Shown here in pieces: positions 20,972-29,972 of a DNA stretch of 64,000 bases (its first letter is position 1; the number at the start of each line of letters is the position of its first letter). The notes under the pieces were generated by a model. It saw nothing but the letters and a program-made list of their open reading frames with translations. It was not told where the DNA came from and searched no databases. Source of the stretch: Escherichia coli (GTDB lineage Bacteria > Pseudomonadota > Gammaproteobacteria > Enterobacterales > Enterobacteriaceae); the NCBI RefSeq assembly GCF_024298765.1, contig NZ_CP101210.1. The stretch is one strand, 5' to 3'. A program made the translations under genes and the position numbers.

Positions 20972-21625
20972 TCAAAAATCCATTATTACTTGTTTGACAA
21001 GACCAACTATTCTGCAGTTCTCACCGCATTCAATAGTTTTATAGTTAGGATTTAGTGGGACGAGATACCTGTTCGGCCAGTCCTCAACAAATTTTTTGAG
21101 TGTCGCTTCTTGCCCACCATTGATATGGGCAACAACGATTTTTCCGTTAATACACTCTGTATCAATAATATCTGGCTCTACGATAACGATAGAACCTTCT
21201 GGTATCGATGGTGAGCCGAGGGGATTGGTCATTGAATCACCACGGACCCGTAGTGCAAATGCCATTTCTGATACAAGGGCGGTAGTATAAACCCACTCTT
21301 CAGCATCTTCTTTCCTGACACCAGGCTCCGTCATTGTCCATGAACCCGCCTGAACCCACGAGATGAGGGGGACTTTTTTAACTGCGAATATTTCAGGTTT
21401 TAGATTTATCTTTGGTTCAGGCGAGCCTTTTCCGCTAACAAGCCACAGAGGATCGCATTTAAGTGCGTTGGCTAGGGCTTGAAGGTTGGCTCCATTTGGT
21501 TGGTAGTCGTCCTTTTCCCATCCAGTAACCGTGACACGGTTCACACCAGTCAAATCAGCCAGTGCTTGTTGTGTCAGGTTCAGTTCTTTTCGCCTTTGGC
21601 GAATACGATCACTCATGTTCATCAT
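20972..21625 (-). CDS. CI-like prophage repressor (N-terminal XRE HTH, C-terminal S24 LexA-like peptidase domain)
   Basis: 217-aa ORF; HTH (LTQQALADLTGVNRVTVTGWE) and S24 motifs (RVRGDSMTNP ... KKF); divergent from a cro-like gene. Confidence 0.8.
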   Translation of the reverse strand: MMNMSDRIRQRRKELNLTQQALADLTGVNRVTVTGWEKDDYQPNGANLQALANALKCDPLWLVSGKGSPEPKINLKPEIFAVKKVPLISWVQAGSWTMTEPGVRKEDAEEWVYTTALVSEMAFALRVRGDSMTNPLGSPSIPEGSIVIVEPDIIDTECINGKIVVAHINGGQEATLKKFVEDWPNRYLVPLNPNYKTIECGENCRIVGLVKQVIMDF

Positions 21626-21688
21626 GTAGGCAATCCTACCACATGCTCATGTAGGATTCTTGACATTGATATGTTGGATATCCTACAT
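21624..21688. promoter_or_regulatory. Right operator region (OR1-3-like) with divergent PRM/PR promoters
   Basis: Three operator copies (atgtaggcaatcctac, atgtaggattcttgac, gttggatatcctacat); ttgaca -35 at 21660-21665; cI ATG abuts the operator. Confidence 0.6.
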
Positions 21689-21720
21689 TTCTGCTTAACG
21701 TAATTTAACGGGAGACAGAA

Positions 21721-21918
21721 ATGCGGAAATCCGACGTGATTAATTATTTCGGCGGAGTTTGTAAAACCGCCGAAGCCCTAGGTATTAAGCATCCGTCTGT
21801 TTCAGAGTGGCCTGAGATTATTCCTGAAGGCCGAGCGTACCAGTTAGAAAAAATTACTAACGGGAAACTGAAAGTTGACGTGTCTTTATATCAAAAGACT
21901 AACAGTGCTGCGGCATAA
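21721..21918 (+). CDS. Cro-like small HTH regulator (YdaS/DicC-type)
   Basis: 65-aa ORF divergent from cI directly after OR. Confidence 0.65.
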   Translation: MRKSDVINYFGGVCKTAEALGIKHPSVSEWPEIIPEGRAYQLEKITNGKLKVDVSLYQKTNSAAA

Positions 21919-21945
21919 AAACACCACAGAAATGAGGAATTAACC

Positions 21946-22530
21946 GTGGGTAAAGAACCTGAATGGAAAGTTGATAAACAACCAGCATGGCTGGTGGCAG
22001 CAATACGAAGAACGATTGCTGATTTACCTCATGGCTATGAGGAAGCAGCAGAAATTCTTGGTTTGTATAAATCTGATGATATCACCCCAGCAAAAGATCA
22101 ATTGCATAACAGACTGCGTAGCGGTGGGGATCAAATTTTTCCACTTGAGTGGGCCATGGTTTTACAGGATGCCAGTGGTACCAGGCATGTAACAGATGCA
22201 ATAGCCCGTCGTAGTAATGGGGTGTTTGTGCCGCTGGTGGTCATTGATGACATTGACAATGGTGACATTAATCAGCGGCTGATGGAGTCAATAGAATGGA
22301 TTGGCAAGCATTCCCAGTACTTACGCAAGGCAACTGCTGATGGAGTTATTGACCAAGCTGAGCGTGAGCAAATCGAAGAGAACAGCTACCAAGTAATGGC
22401 GAAGTGGCAGGAGCATTTAACACTGTTATTTCGTGTTTTTTGTGCGCCGGAAAAGAGTAACGCCCGCGAGTGTGCAGCTCCGGGCGTCGTGGCGTCGATT
22501 GCTTCTGGTTGTGGAGAAACTAACGCATGA
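21946..22530 (+). CDS. YdaT-like (CII-position) prophage regulatory protein
   Basis: 194-aa ORF, GTG start with GAGG upstream; position after cro. Confidence 0.5.
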   Translation: MGKEPEWKVDKQPAWLVAAIRRTIADLPHGYEEAAEILGLYKSDDITPAKDQLHNRLRSGGDQIFPLEWAMVLQDASGTRHVTDAIARRSNGVFVPLVVIDDIDNGDINQRLMESIEWIGKHSQYLRKATADGVIDQAEREQIEENSYQVMAKWQEHLTLLFRVFCAPEKSNARECAAPGVVASIASGCGETNA

Positions 22531-22865
22531 ACAGTTTAACAACACACTACCGTCGTTCGCAACTGATTGCGCTTCCTGTACCGGGTGGAAAAGCGAAGGT
22601 GGAGTATTGCTATGCAGTGAATGTACCAGGTGATAGGGAAATTGTAACCCACAGCTTTGCAGAGTGGGCTGTGGGTGATTTCAACCGGCAGAAGGAGACA
22701 GTCCTTTGCGACAAGTTAACCGCTGGTTCAAAGATCACTACGGAGTGCCCGTCAGAGTCATTCGTTGGGAGCCGGAAACACAACGGGTTATCTACCTCCG
22801 TGAAGGCTATGAACATGAATGCTTCAGTCCGCTCGAACAGTTTCGTCGTAAATTCAGGGAAATAG
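22527..22865 (+). CDS. Hypothetical protein (112 aa); may be the 5' part of a frameshifted gene
   Basis: ORF overlapping the 22706-22918 ORF in another frame. Confidence 0.3.
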   Translation: MNSLTTHYRRSQLIALPVPGGKAKVEYCYAVNVPGDREIVTHSFAEWAVGDFNRQKETVLCDKLTAGSKITTECPSESFVGSRKHNGLSTSVKAMNMNASVRSNSFVVNSGK

Positions 22866-22918
22866 AGGTCGGTCATGAGCCTGTTAATGACATCCCAGCC
22901 CATTGTGATAAATCGTGA
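22706..22918 (+). CDS. Hypothetical protein (70 aa); may be the 3' part of a frameshifted gene
   Basis: Overlaps the upstream ORF and the replication-gene start. Confidence 0.3.
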   Translation: MRQVNRWFKDHYGVPVRVIRWEPETQRVIYLREGYEHECFSPLEQFRRKFREIEVGHEPVNDIPAHCDKS

Positions 22919-23867
22919 TCTTGCATGCCGTATTGGTCTGAATGAGGCAATTGTGTTGCAGCAGCTTCATTACTGGCTGAATGAAACGAATTCAGGCACT
23001 GAGCATGGCGGAATTCGCTGGGTTTATAACACGACAGAACAGTGGCTGGAGCAGTTTCCGTTCTGGTCAGAGTCCACTCTGAAACGCACATTTGCAAGCC
23101 TGAAATCACTTGGGGTTTTGCGTCGCGAGCAACTCAATAAATCGAAGCGTGACATGACCAACTTCTACACGATCAACTATGAAAGTGAGCTTTTAGAAGA
23201 GGTCAAAGTGAACGAATCCATCAGGTCAAAATGCACTTCTCCATCGGGTCAAAGTGACCTGATGGATGAGCGCAAAATGACACGATCCATTGGTTCAAAA
23301 CGACACGCTGTCATCGGGTCAAAATGGCCCAATGATCTTACAGAGAATACAACAGAGATTACTACAGAGAATAAAACCTCTTCTCGTCCGGACGCTTCGC
23401 AACCGGACACGCAGATGGCTGAACAGGATTTTTTAACTCGCCATCCTGATGCGGTTGTATTCAGCCCTAAAAAGCGCCAGTGGGGAACGCAGGATGATTT
23501 GACCTGCGCACAGTGGCTCTGGAAAAAAATCATCGCTCTGTACGAGCAGGCCGCCGAATGTGACGGCGAAGTGGTACGTCCTAAAGAACCGAACTGGACA
23601 GCCTGGGCAAACGAAATTCGCCTGATGTGTGTACAGGATGGGCGTACTCACAAACAAATCTGCGAGATGTACAGCCGCGTCAGCCGCGATCCGTTCTGGT
23701 GCCGTAACGTGCTCAGCCCGTCGAAGCTGCGGGAAAAATGGGATGAGCTTTCCCTGCGCTTATCGCCGTCCGTCAGCACGTACACAGAAAAACGCGAAGA
23801 TCCGTACTTCAAAGCCAGTTACGACAACGTGGACTACAGCCAGATCCCGGCAGGATTCAGGGGGTGA
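22875..23867 (+). CDS. Phage replication initiator (lambda O-like / replisome organiser) with embedded origin iterons
   Basis: 330-aa ORF with N-terminal DNA-binding-like region; iterons inside the coding sequence as in lambda O. Confidence 0.7.
   Translation: MSLLMTSQPIVINRDLACRIGLNEAIVLQQLHYWLNETNSGTEHGGIRWVYNTTEQWLEQFPFWSESTLKRTFASLKSLGVLRREQLNKSKRDMTNFYTINYESELLEEVKVNESIRSKCTSPSGQSDLMDERKMTRSIGSKRHAVIGSKWPNDLTENTTEITTENKTSSRPDASQPDTQMAEQDFLTRHPDAVVFSPKKRQWGTQDDLTCAQWLWKKIIALYEQAAECDGEVVRPKEPNWTAWANEIRLMCVQDGRTHKQICEMYSRVSRDPFWCRNVLSPSKLREKWDELSLRLSPSVSTYTEKREDPYFKASYDNVDYSQIPAGFRG
23199..23326. repeat. Origin-type iterons: five direct repeats of ~CATCRGGTCAAARTG inside the replication gene
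   Basis: gaggtcaaagtg, ccatcaggtcaaaatg, ccatcgggtcaaagtg, ccattggttcaaaacg, tcatcgggtcaaaatg, followed by an A/T-rich stretch. Confidence 0.7.
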
Positions 23868-23869
23868 TC

Positions 23870-23962
23870 ATGAGTCTTTTGAATGAAGTTCAGAAATTCA
23901 TTGAAGCCCATCCGGGGTGTACTTCCGGAGACATTGCGGATGCTTTTTACGTGGGGGCTTAA
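23870..23962 (+). CDS. Possible small coupled ORF (30 aa) between the replication gene and the methylase
   Basis: ATG overlaps the upstream stop; TAATG overlap with the methylase start; found by hand. Confidence 0.3.
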   Translation: MSLLNEVQKFIEAHPGCTSGDIADAFYVGA

Positions 23963-24615
23963 TGAGTAATAAATATTGTCAGGCGCTGGTGGAGCTGCGG
24001 AACAAACCATCCCATGAACTGAAGGAGGTGGGCGATCAGTGGCGCACGCCGGACAGCATTTTCTGGGGAATTAACACCTTGTTTGGCCCGTTTGTTCTGG
24101 ATCTGTTCACTGACGGTGATAACGCCAAATGTGCCGCGTATTACACGGCGGAAGACAACGCGCTGGCGCATGACTGGTCAGAACGCCTTGCGGAGCTTAA
24201 AGGTGCTGCCTTTGGCAATCCCCCATACAGTCGCGCCAGTCAGCATGAGGGGCAATACATCACCGGCATGCGTTACATCATGAAACATGCCAGTGCCATG
24301 CGTGATAAGGGCGGGCGCTATGTTTTCCTGATCAAAGCTGCCACCAGCGAAGTGTGGTGGCCGGAAGATGCGGACCATATTGCTTTTATTCGCGGGCGTA
24401 TTGGTTTTGAACTGCCTGCCTGGTTTATCCCGAAAGATGAGAAGCAGGTGCCGATAGGCGCTTTCTTCGCTGGTGCTATTGCTGTTTTTGACAAGACCTG
24501 GAAGGGACCGGCAATCAGCTACATCGGGCGCGATGAACTTGAGGCATGTGGTGAGGCCTTTCTGGCGCAGGTTCGCCAGCAGGCAGAAAAACTGGTCAGG
24601 GAGATGGTGGCATGA
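23962..24615 (+). CDS. Phage-type DNA N6-adenine methyltransferase (Dam-like, orphan)
   Basis: Start at MSNKYCQALVEL (track ORF starts at 23917); contains the FGNPPY motif, a D/N-PP-Y/F-type catalytic signature. Confidence 0.7.
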   Translation: MSNKYCQALVELRNKPSHELKEVGDQWRTPDSIFWGINTLFGPFVLDLFTDGDNAKCAAYYTAEDNALAHDWSERLAELKGAAFGNPPYSRASQHEGQYITGMRYIMKHASAMRDKGGRYVFLIKAATSEVWWPEDADHIAFIRGRIGFELPAWFIPKDEKQVPIGAFFAGAIAVFDKTWKGPAISYIGRDELEACGEAFLAQVRQQAEKLVREMVA

Positions 24616-25001
24616 AGCTGATCCTGCCTTTTCCGCCCAGCGTGAACACGTACTGGCGACACCCCAACAAAGGGGCGTTTGCTGGTAAGAGCCTGATAAG
24701 CGCGGCGGGGCGAAAATTCCAGAGCGCGGCGTGCGCAGCAATAGTTGAGCAGTTACGTCGTCTGCCGAAACCAACGTCGGCACCTGCTTCAGTGGAGATC
24801 GTGTTGTTTCCTCCGGATAACCGGATCCGCGATCTGGACAACTATAACAAGGCGCTGTTTGACGCCCTGACCCACGCGGGTGTGTGGGAAGACGACAGTC
24901 AGGTGAAAAGAATGCTGGTGGAGTGGGGACCGGTTATCCCGGGAGGGAAGGTCGAGATCACTATCAGTAAGTACGAGAAAACGGCGGGTGCAGCCGCCTG
25001 A
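24612..25001 (+). CDS. rusA: RusA-family Holliday junction resolvase
   Basis: 129-aa ORF MKLILPFPPSVNTYWRH...DLDNYNKALFDALTHAGVWEDDSQV. Confidence 0.8.
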   Translation: MKLILPFPPSVNTYWRHPNKGAFAGKSLISAAGRKFQSAACAAIVEQLRRLPKPTSAPASVEIVLFPPDNRIRDLDNYNKALFDALTHAGVWEDDSQVKRMLVEWGPVIPGGKVEITISKYEKTAGAAA

Positions 25002-25020
25002 TTAAGAGGAGAAACGAAGT

Positions 25021-25818
25021 ATGAATAATCTGATGGTCATTGATGGTATTGAAGTTCGTCGTGATGCTTATGGTCGTTACAGCCTGAACGATCTGCACAG
25101 GTCTGCCGGTTCTCTGGATAAGCATAAGCCTGCATTCTGGCTCCGCAATGAGCAAACTGAACGTTTAATAAGCGAGTTGCAGATTTGCAACTCGGTCAAT
25201 ATAGAGCCAGTTAACGTTATTCGTGGCGGAAATAACCAGGGGACGTATGTCTGCAAAGAACTGGTGTATGCCTATGCAATGTGGATCAGCCCGTCATTCC
25301 ATCTGAAGGTGATCCGTACTTTCGACATGGTAACCAGCGCACCGGAAAAATTATCCGGACAGGCTGCTGACAAGATGCAGGCTGGTGTGATCCTGCTGGA
25401 CTTTATGCGCCGGGAATTAAACCTGTCTAACTCATCAGTGCTTGGAGCCTGTCAGAAGCTTCAGGAGGCTGTTGGCTTACCGAATCTGGCACCGCGCTAT
25501 GCCATTGATGCTCCTGCTGATGCACTCGATGGCTCAAGCCGCCCGACACTGTCACTGAGTGCACTGCTGAAGCAGTATGGTATCCGCCTGACAGCTAATC
25601 AGGCATATCACCAGATGGCGAAGCTGGGGATCGTTGAACAACGTGAACGATACAGCCGCACTGCGATTAACAACATCAAAAAATTCTGGTCGCTGACGGC
25701 GAAAGGCTGCATGTTCGGCAAGAACATCACCAGTCCCGCAAATCCGCGCGAGACGCAGCCGCATTTCTTCGAATCCCGATTCCCTGAGCTGTTAAAGCTG
25801 CTCGATACCGTTCATTGA
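25021..25818 (+). CDS. KilA-N-domain protein (antirepressor-like)
   Basis: N-terminal pattern (IDGIEVRRDAYGRYSLNDLHRSAG...KPAFWLRNEQT) typical of KilA-N. Confidence 0.6.
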   Translation: MNNLMVIDGIEVRRDAYGRYSLNDLHRSAGSLDKHKPAFWLRNEQTERLISELQICNSVNIEPVNVIRGGNNQGTYVCKELVYAYAMWISPSFHLKVIRTFDMVTSAPEKLSGQAADKMQAGVILLDFMRRELNLSNSSVLGACQKLQEAVGLPNLAPRYAIDAPADALDGSSRPTLSLSALLKQYGIRLTANQAYHQMAKLGIVEQRERYSRTAINNIKKFWSLTAKGCMFGKNITSPANPRETQPHFFESRFPELLKLLDTVH

Positions 25819-25819
25819 G

Positions 25820-26815
25820 GTGACCGTGAGAGCACTACTGACCCCTGAAATTGCCCCGCGTATGGGGATCGTATTGTTCAGACCAGGTTCAGAGCTGATG
25901 CCCTTGTTTATGCAGGGGCGTGTCCTGCTGGAGCCTGAGCCGGAACGTTATTCATCTTTCGCCAGTGGTGCCGTTCCGGCGGCATCACAACCGCTGGCGG
26001 ATGATCCTGCCGTTCGGGCCGTGTTCCGCAATGAGGCAGTGATCCGTCGTGCTGGTGGCGTGGAATGTCTTGAAAGCTGGTTACTTCGTGAAAAAGGCTG
26101 CCAGTGGCCTCATTCCGGCTGGCACAGCGAGAACATGACAACAATGCGACACGCTCCGGGCGCAATCCGTCTGTGCTGGCACTGCGATAACCAGCTGCGC
26201 GATCAGTTCACGGAACGGCTGGAATCAATGGCAACGGATAACTGTGCCCGCTGGGTGTTGTCTGTTGTGCGTCGGGATCTCGGTTTTGATGACAGTCATG
26301 TTGTGACAATGCCGGAACTGTGCTGGTGGCTGATTCGTAATGATCTGGCGGATGCCTTACCGGAAAGTGCAGCCCGTAAGGCACTGAGATTACCGAAGCC
26401 TGTTGTGCCGTCTGTTACCCGGGAAAGTGACCTTGTGCCTTCGGTTCCTGCCACCAGCATCATCCAGGATAAGGCGAAAAAGGTGCTGGCGCTGAAAGTG
26501 GATCCGGAGTCGCCGGAGTCTTTTATGTTACGCCCAAAACGTCGCCGCTGGGTTAATGAAAAGTACACGCGCTGGGTTAAGACACAGCCGTGTGCATGTT
26601 GTGGAAAGCCCGCTGATGATCCCCACCACCTGATAGGTCACGGTCAGGGTGGAATGGGAACAAAAGCGCATGACCTCTTTGTGTTGCCTTTGTGCAGAAA
26701 GCATCACGACGAGCTGCATGCGGATACCGTGGCATTTGAAGAGAAGTATGGCTCTCAGCTGGAGCTGATATTTCGTTTTATCGATCGTGCGCTGGCAATT
26801 GGCGTATTGGCGTAA
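25820..26815 (+). CDS. DUF968 (YdfU-like) prophage protein with C-terminal Cys/His cluster
   Basis: C-terminal CACCGKPADDPHHL...CRKHHDELH motif. Confidence 0.55.
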   Translation: MTVRALLTPEIAPRMGIVLFRPGSELMPLFMQGRVLLEPEPERYSSFASGAVPAASQPLADDPAVRAVFRNEAVIRRAGGVECLESWLLREKGCQWPHSGWHSENMTTMRHAPGAIRLCWHCDNQLRDQFTERLESMATDNCARWVLSVVRRDLGFDDSHVVTMPELCWWLIRNDLADALPESAARKALRLPKPVVPSVTRESDLVPSVPATSIIQDKAKKVLALKVDPESPESFMLRPKRRRWVNEKYTRWVKTQPCACCGKPADDPHHLIGHGQGGMGTKAHDLFVLPLCRKHHDELHADTVAFEEKYGSQLELIFRFIDRALAIGVLA

Positions 26816-26828
26816 GTGGAGAACGAGC

Positions 26829-27581
26829 ATGAACCTTGAAGCCTTACCAAAATATTACTCCCCAAAATCTCCAAAATTGAGCGATGACGCACCGGCGACA
26901 GGCTCTGGTGGTTTAACAATTACGGATGTAATGGCTGCGCAGGGGATGGTGCAGTCGAAAGCACCGCTTGGGTTTGCCTTATTCCTGGCAAAAGTTGGTG
27001 TTCAGGATCCTCAGTTTGCGATTGAAGGTCTGCTCAATTACGCGATGGCACTGGATAACCCGACATTGAATAAATTGAGTGAAGAAACCCGGCTACAGAT
27101 CATTCCTTACCTTGTGAATTTTGCCTTTGCTGATTATTCCAGGTCTGCGGCAAGTAAGGCTCGCTGTGAGCATTGTGCTGGTACTGGATTTCATAATGTA
27201 TTGCGCGAGGTGGTGAAACACTCCAGAAGCGGGGAATCTGTTATCAAGGAAGAGTGGGTGAAGGAACTATGTCAGCATTGTCATGGTAAGGGAGAAGTCA
27301 GCACAGCGTGCAGAGGGTGTAAGGGTAAAGGTATTGTCCTGGATGAAAAAAGAACCCGGCTTCATGGTACGCCTGTTTATAAGATTTGTGGGCGTTGCAA
27401 TGGTAACCGTTTTAGCCGTTTACCAACCACACTGGCGCGGCATCATGTCCAGAAGCTGGTACCAGACCTGACGGATTATCAGTGGTACAAAGGATATGCA
27501 GATGTCATTGATAAACTGGTTACAAAGTGCTGGCAGGAAGAAGCATATGCAGAGACACAATTGAGAAAAGTGACAAGATAA
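26829..27581 (+). CDS. Late-gene antiterminator Q (zinc-binding)
   Basis: CEHCAGTG...CQHCHGKG...CRGCKGKG Cys clusters; immediately upstream of a promoter plus terminator pair and the lysis genes. Confidence 0.7.
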   Translation: MNLEALPKYYSPKSPKLSDDAPATGSGGLTITDVMAAQGMVQSKAPLGFALFLAKVGVQDPQFAIEGLLNYAMALDNPTLNKLSEETRLQIIPYLVNFAFADYSRSAASKARCEHCAGTGFHNVLREVVKHSRSGESVIKEEWVKELCQHCHGKGEVSTACRGCKGKGIVLDEKRTRLHGTPVYKICGRCNGNRFSRLPTTLARHHVQKLVPDLTDYQWYKGYADVIDKLVTKCWQEEAYAETQLRKVTR

Positions 27582-27612
27582 ATGATTTTCGCCGAAGATG
27601 GCGACATGATGC

Positions 27613-27715
27613 TTGCATTTTTCAAAAAATCTGGTTAGGATTCTCCTAACGATGGGCTTTGTATGTCTGCCGTTAACGAAATCATAACAAACCTCGCTTC
27701 GGCGGGGTTTTTGCT
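27613..27715 (+). promoter_or_regulatory. Late promoter PR'-like with downstream tR'-like terminator (Q-utilisation region)
   Basis: ttgcat -35-like hexamer at 27613; terminator hairpin cctcgc-ttcg-gcgggg plus ttttt at 27690-27715. Confidence 0.55.
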
Positions 27716-27731
27716 TTTCTGGAGGTCAATA

Positions 27732-27989
27732 ATGCAGGGCGAAAAGCAGCAGCCATATTTTTTTAACCCTGGTATGACTGTTGAACAGCTTGAAGACTGG
27801 CTGGAGCAGCAAAAGCTTCATCTAAGCCGCTATAACCGTCTGGTAAAAGAAAAAGCAGAGCTTGAAGAACGGCTCAGTGATATTTCTGTGGAAATTGAAC
27901 GAATGTCTGCTGGTGGTTTTAACGGAAAGTTGAGTTTCCCCTGGGAGTCAAGTTCGCTTCTGAGAAATCATCAACAGGGTAGTGTTTGA
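27732..27989 (+). CDS. Hypothetical late protein (85 aa)
   Basis: GGAGG 6 nt upstream of ATG 27732; first ORF after the tR'-like terminator. Confidence 0.4.
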   Translation: MQGEKQQPYFFNPGMTVEQLEDWLEQQKLHLSRYNRLVKEKAELEERLSDISVEIERMSAGGFNGKLSFPWESSSLLRNHQQGSV

Positions 27990-28068
27990 CTGAAATAATA
28001 AACAGACTGTCATTAAGATCCCTTCCCCTCATATCTGAGAGGACCAACAGCAATTAAGAGGGGGCTAA

Positions 28069-28455
28069 ATGTCCGATCCGATTTCCGGTACTGGGCTGGC
28101 TGGTGGTGCCCTGACGGGTGCCAGTGTTTATGGACTGCTGACCGGAACTGATTACGGCGTTGTATTTGGCGCATTTGCAGGGGCTGTATTCTACATAGCA
28201 ACAGCAGCAGATCTGAGTGCATCGCGTCGACTGGCATATTTTATCGTGTCATATATTGCCGGGATTCTTTGCTCTGGGTTGGTTGGCTCCAAGCTGGCGA
28301 ACTTGACCGGATACAGTGATAAACCTCTGGATGCTATTGGTGCCGTAATCGTCTCTGCTTTAGCCGTTAAAATCCTGACGTTCCTGAATAATCAGGATAT
28401 CGGCTCGCTGGTGGCGCTCATAACGCGCCGGGGAGGTTCAGGTGGAGCTAAATGA
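28069..28455 (+). CDS. Putative holin (membrane protein, lysis cassette)
   Basis: 128-aa hydrophobic ORF directly upstream of the endolysin. Confidence 0.6.
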   Translation: MSDPISGTGLAGGALTGASVYGLLTGTDYGVVFGAFAGAVFYIATAADLSASRRLAYFIVSYIAGILCSGLVGSKLANLTGYSDKPLDAIGAVIVSALAVKILTFLNNQDIGSLVALITRRGGSGGAK

Positions 28456-28723
28456 CCCGACAGCAACTATAAATGCGCTGTTATGTGCTTGTGTTGTTAT
28501 TACTCTGATGTTTTATCGTCGTGGTGATTCGCGGCATCGTCCTTGGGTTTCACGTTTAGCCTGGCTGATTACTGTTACATACAGTGCTGTTCCGTTGGCC
28601 TATCTCTGTGGGATTTATCCTCATTCCTCATGGCCCATTATCGTGGCGAACACTATTTTTCTTTCCGTGCTGGTGGCCGTCAGAGGCAACGTTGCACGTC
28701 TGGTTGATCATCTGAGGCACTAA
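28442..28723 (+). CDS. Second small lysis-cassette membrane protein (holin/antiholin candidate)
   Basis: 93-aa ORF with TM segments, overlapping the neighbouring genes. Confidence 0.5.
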   Translation: MELNDPTATINALLCACVVITLMFYRRGDSRHRPWVSRLAWLITVTYSAVPLAYLCGIYPHSSWPIIVANTIFLSVLVAVRGNVARLVDHLRH

Positions 28724-29337
28724 TGAACCAACAATTATTTCAAAAGGCGGCTGGTATTAGCGCCGGGCTGGCTGCGCGCTGGTTTCCGCACATTGATGCG
28801 GCGATGAAGGAATTCGGCATTACAGCACCAGCGGATCAGGCAATGTTTATCGCTCAGGTAGGCCATGAGTCGATGGGGTTTAGCGCCGTAGTTGAAAATT
28901 TTAACTACACACCATCTGCGCTGGTGGCGACGTTCGGAAAGAGGATCACACAGCAGCAGGCTGATGCCCTTGGCAGAACATCCGGACATGCAGCTCGTCA
29001 GGATGCTATTGCCAATCTGGTGTATAGCAACCGACTGGGTAACAAAGCACCAGGTGATGGCTGGAAATATCGTGGTAGAGGATTAATTCAAATCACTGGC
29101 CTCCATAATTATCGCATCTGTGGCGCGGCGCTGAAGTTAGATCTGGTGACTTCACCTGAACAACTGGAACAGGAACTACAGGCTGCGCGCTCAGCTGCAT
29201 GGTTCTACACCTCTAAAGGTTGCATGATCTACGGTGCCGATATTAACCGTGTTACGCGCATCATTAACGGCGGTCTGAACGGTATTGAGGATCGTAAGGT
29301 CCGATACAACAAGGCGCGGGCGGCGCTGCTGGTATGA
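28723..29337 (+). CDS. Endolysin, glycoside hydrolase family 19 (chitinase-like lysozyme)
   Basis: 204-aa ORF with GH19-like motifs (FIAQVGHESMGF, KYRGRGLIQITG). Confidence 0.75.
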   Translation: MNQQLFQKAAGISAGLAARWFPHIDAAMKEFGITAPADQAMFIAQVGHESMGFSAVVENFNYTPSALVATFGKRITQQQADALGRTSGHAARQDAIANLVYSNRLGNKAPGDGWKYRGRGLIQITGLHNYRICGAALKLDLVTSPEQLEQELQAARSAAWFYTSKGCMIYGADINRVTRIINGGLNGIEDRKVRYNKARAALLV

Positions 29338-29726
29338 AGATGAGTTATTGGGCGCTCATTTTAACGTTTATTGCTTGTGTCGCTGGTGGTCTTGTCTGGT
29401 CAGCGAATCACTATCATGGAAAGTTTCTGGAGGAGCAGAAGCGTGCTGATGCTGCGGAACAGCGAGCTGATTCTACTGAGGCTATCACCGCGAATGTTCT
29501 GCGTACTATGGCAATAACGAACATCATTCAGGAGGCGAATCAACATGCAAAACAGCAGATCGCACTGGAGTCACAGAGAACCCAGGAAGATATCAAAGTG
29601 GCTGTTGCGGATGATGATTGTGCTTCACGTCCTGTGCCTGCTGCCGCTGCTGACCGGTTGCGGAAGTACGCGAACAGTTTACGTCCAGGTTCCGGTAGTT
29701 CCGTTACCAGCCAGCCTGACGGCTGA
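29334..29726 (+). CDS. i-spanin (Rz-like), N-terminal TM plus coiled coil
   Basis: 130-aa ORF with N-terminal TM and charged helical region; follows the endolysin. Confidence 0.7.
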   Translation: MKMSYWALILTFIACVAGGLVWSANHYHGKFLEEQKRADAAEQRADSTEAITANVLRTMAITNIIQEANQHAKQQIALESQRTQEDIKVAVADDDCASRPVPAAAADRLRKYANSLRPGSGSSVTSQPDG

Positions 29727-29880
29727 AACCCCTCAGCCTGATTTACCTGATCATTTTACGTGGGGCTCGAGCTTAGATCTGAATGTCGCCTTGTTGTCTG
29801 CATTGGCGCAGTGTAATACCGATAAAGCTGACATCAGAAGGATTGAAGTTGAGCGTGGTCACATCATGCAAAAAAAATGA
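29611..29880 (+). CDS. o-spanin (Rz1-like) lipoprotein, overlapping Rz in another frame
   Basis: Lipobox LLPLLTGC after MMIVLHVLC; proline-rich; starts inside Rz and extends 154 nt past its stop. Confidence 0.65.
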   Translation: MMIVLHVLCLLPLLTGCGSTRTVYVQVPVVPLPASLTAETPQPDLPDHFTWGSSLDLNVALLSALAQCNTDKADIRRIEVERGHIMQKK

Positions 29881-29972
29881 TGTTAACTTTGTTTTGTTCC
29901 TTGATTTGATATGTGATGGCCCAATAGATACAAAGCACCTGATTTTGGTGACTCTTTTAAAGGGCTTTACAC

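Noticed and set aside
23199-23326. Short direct repeats as a CRISPR array
   Set aside because: Repeats are ~15 bp, irregularly spaced and inside a coding region; they fit replication-origin iterons, and no cas genes are present
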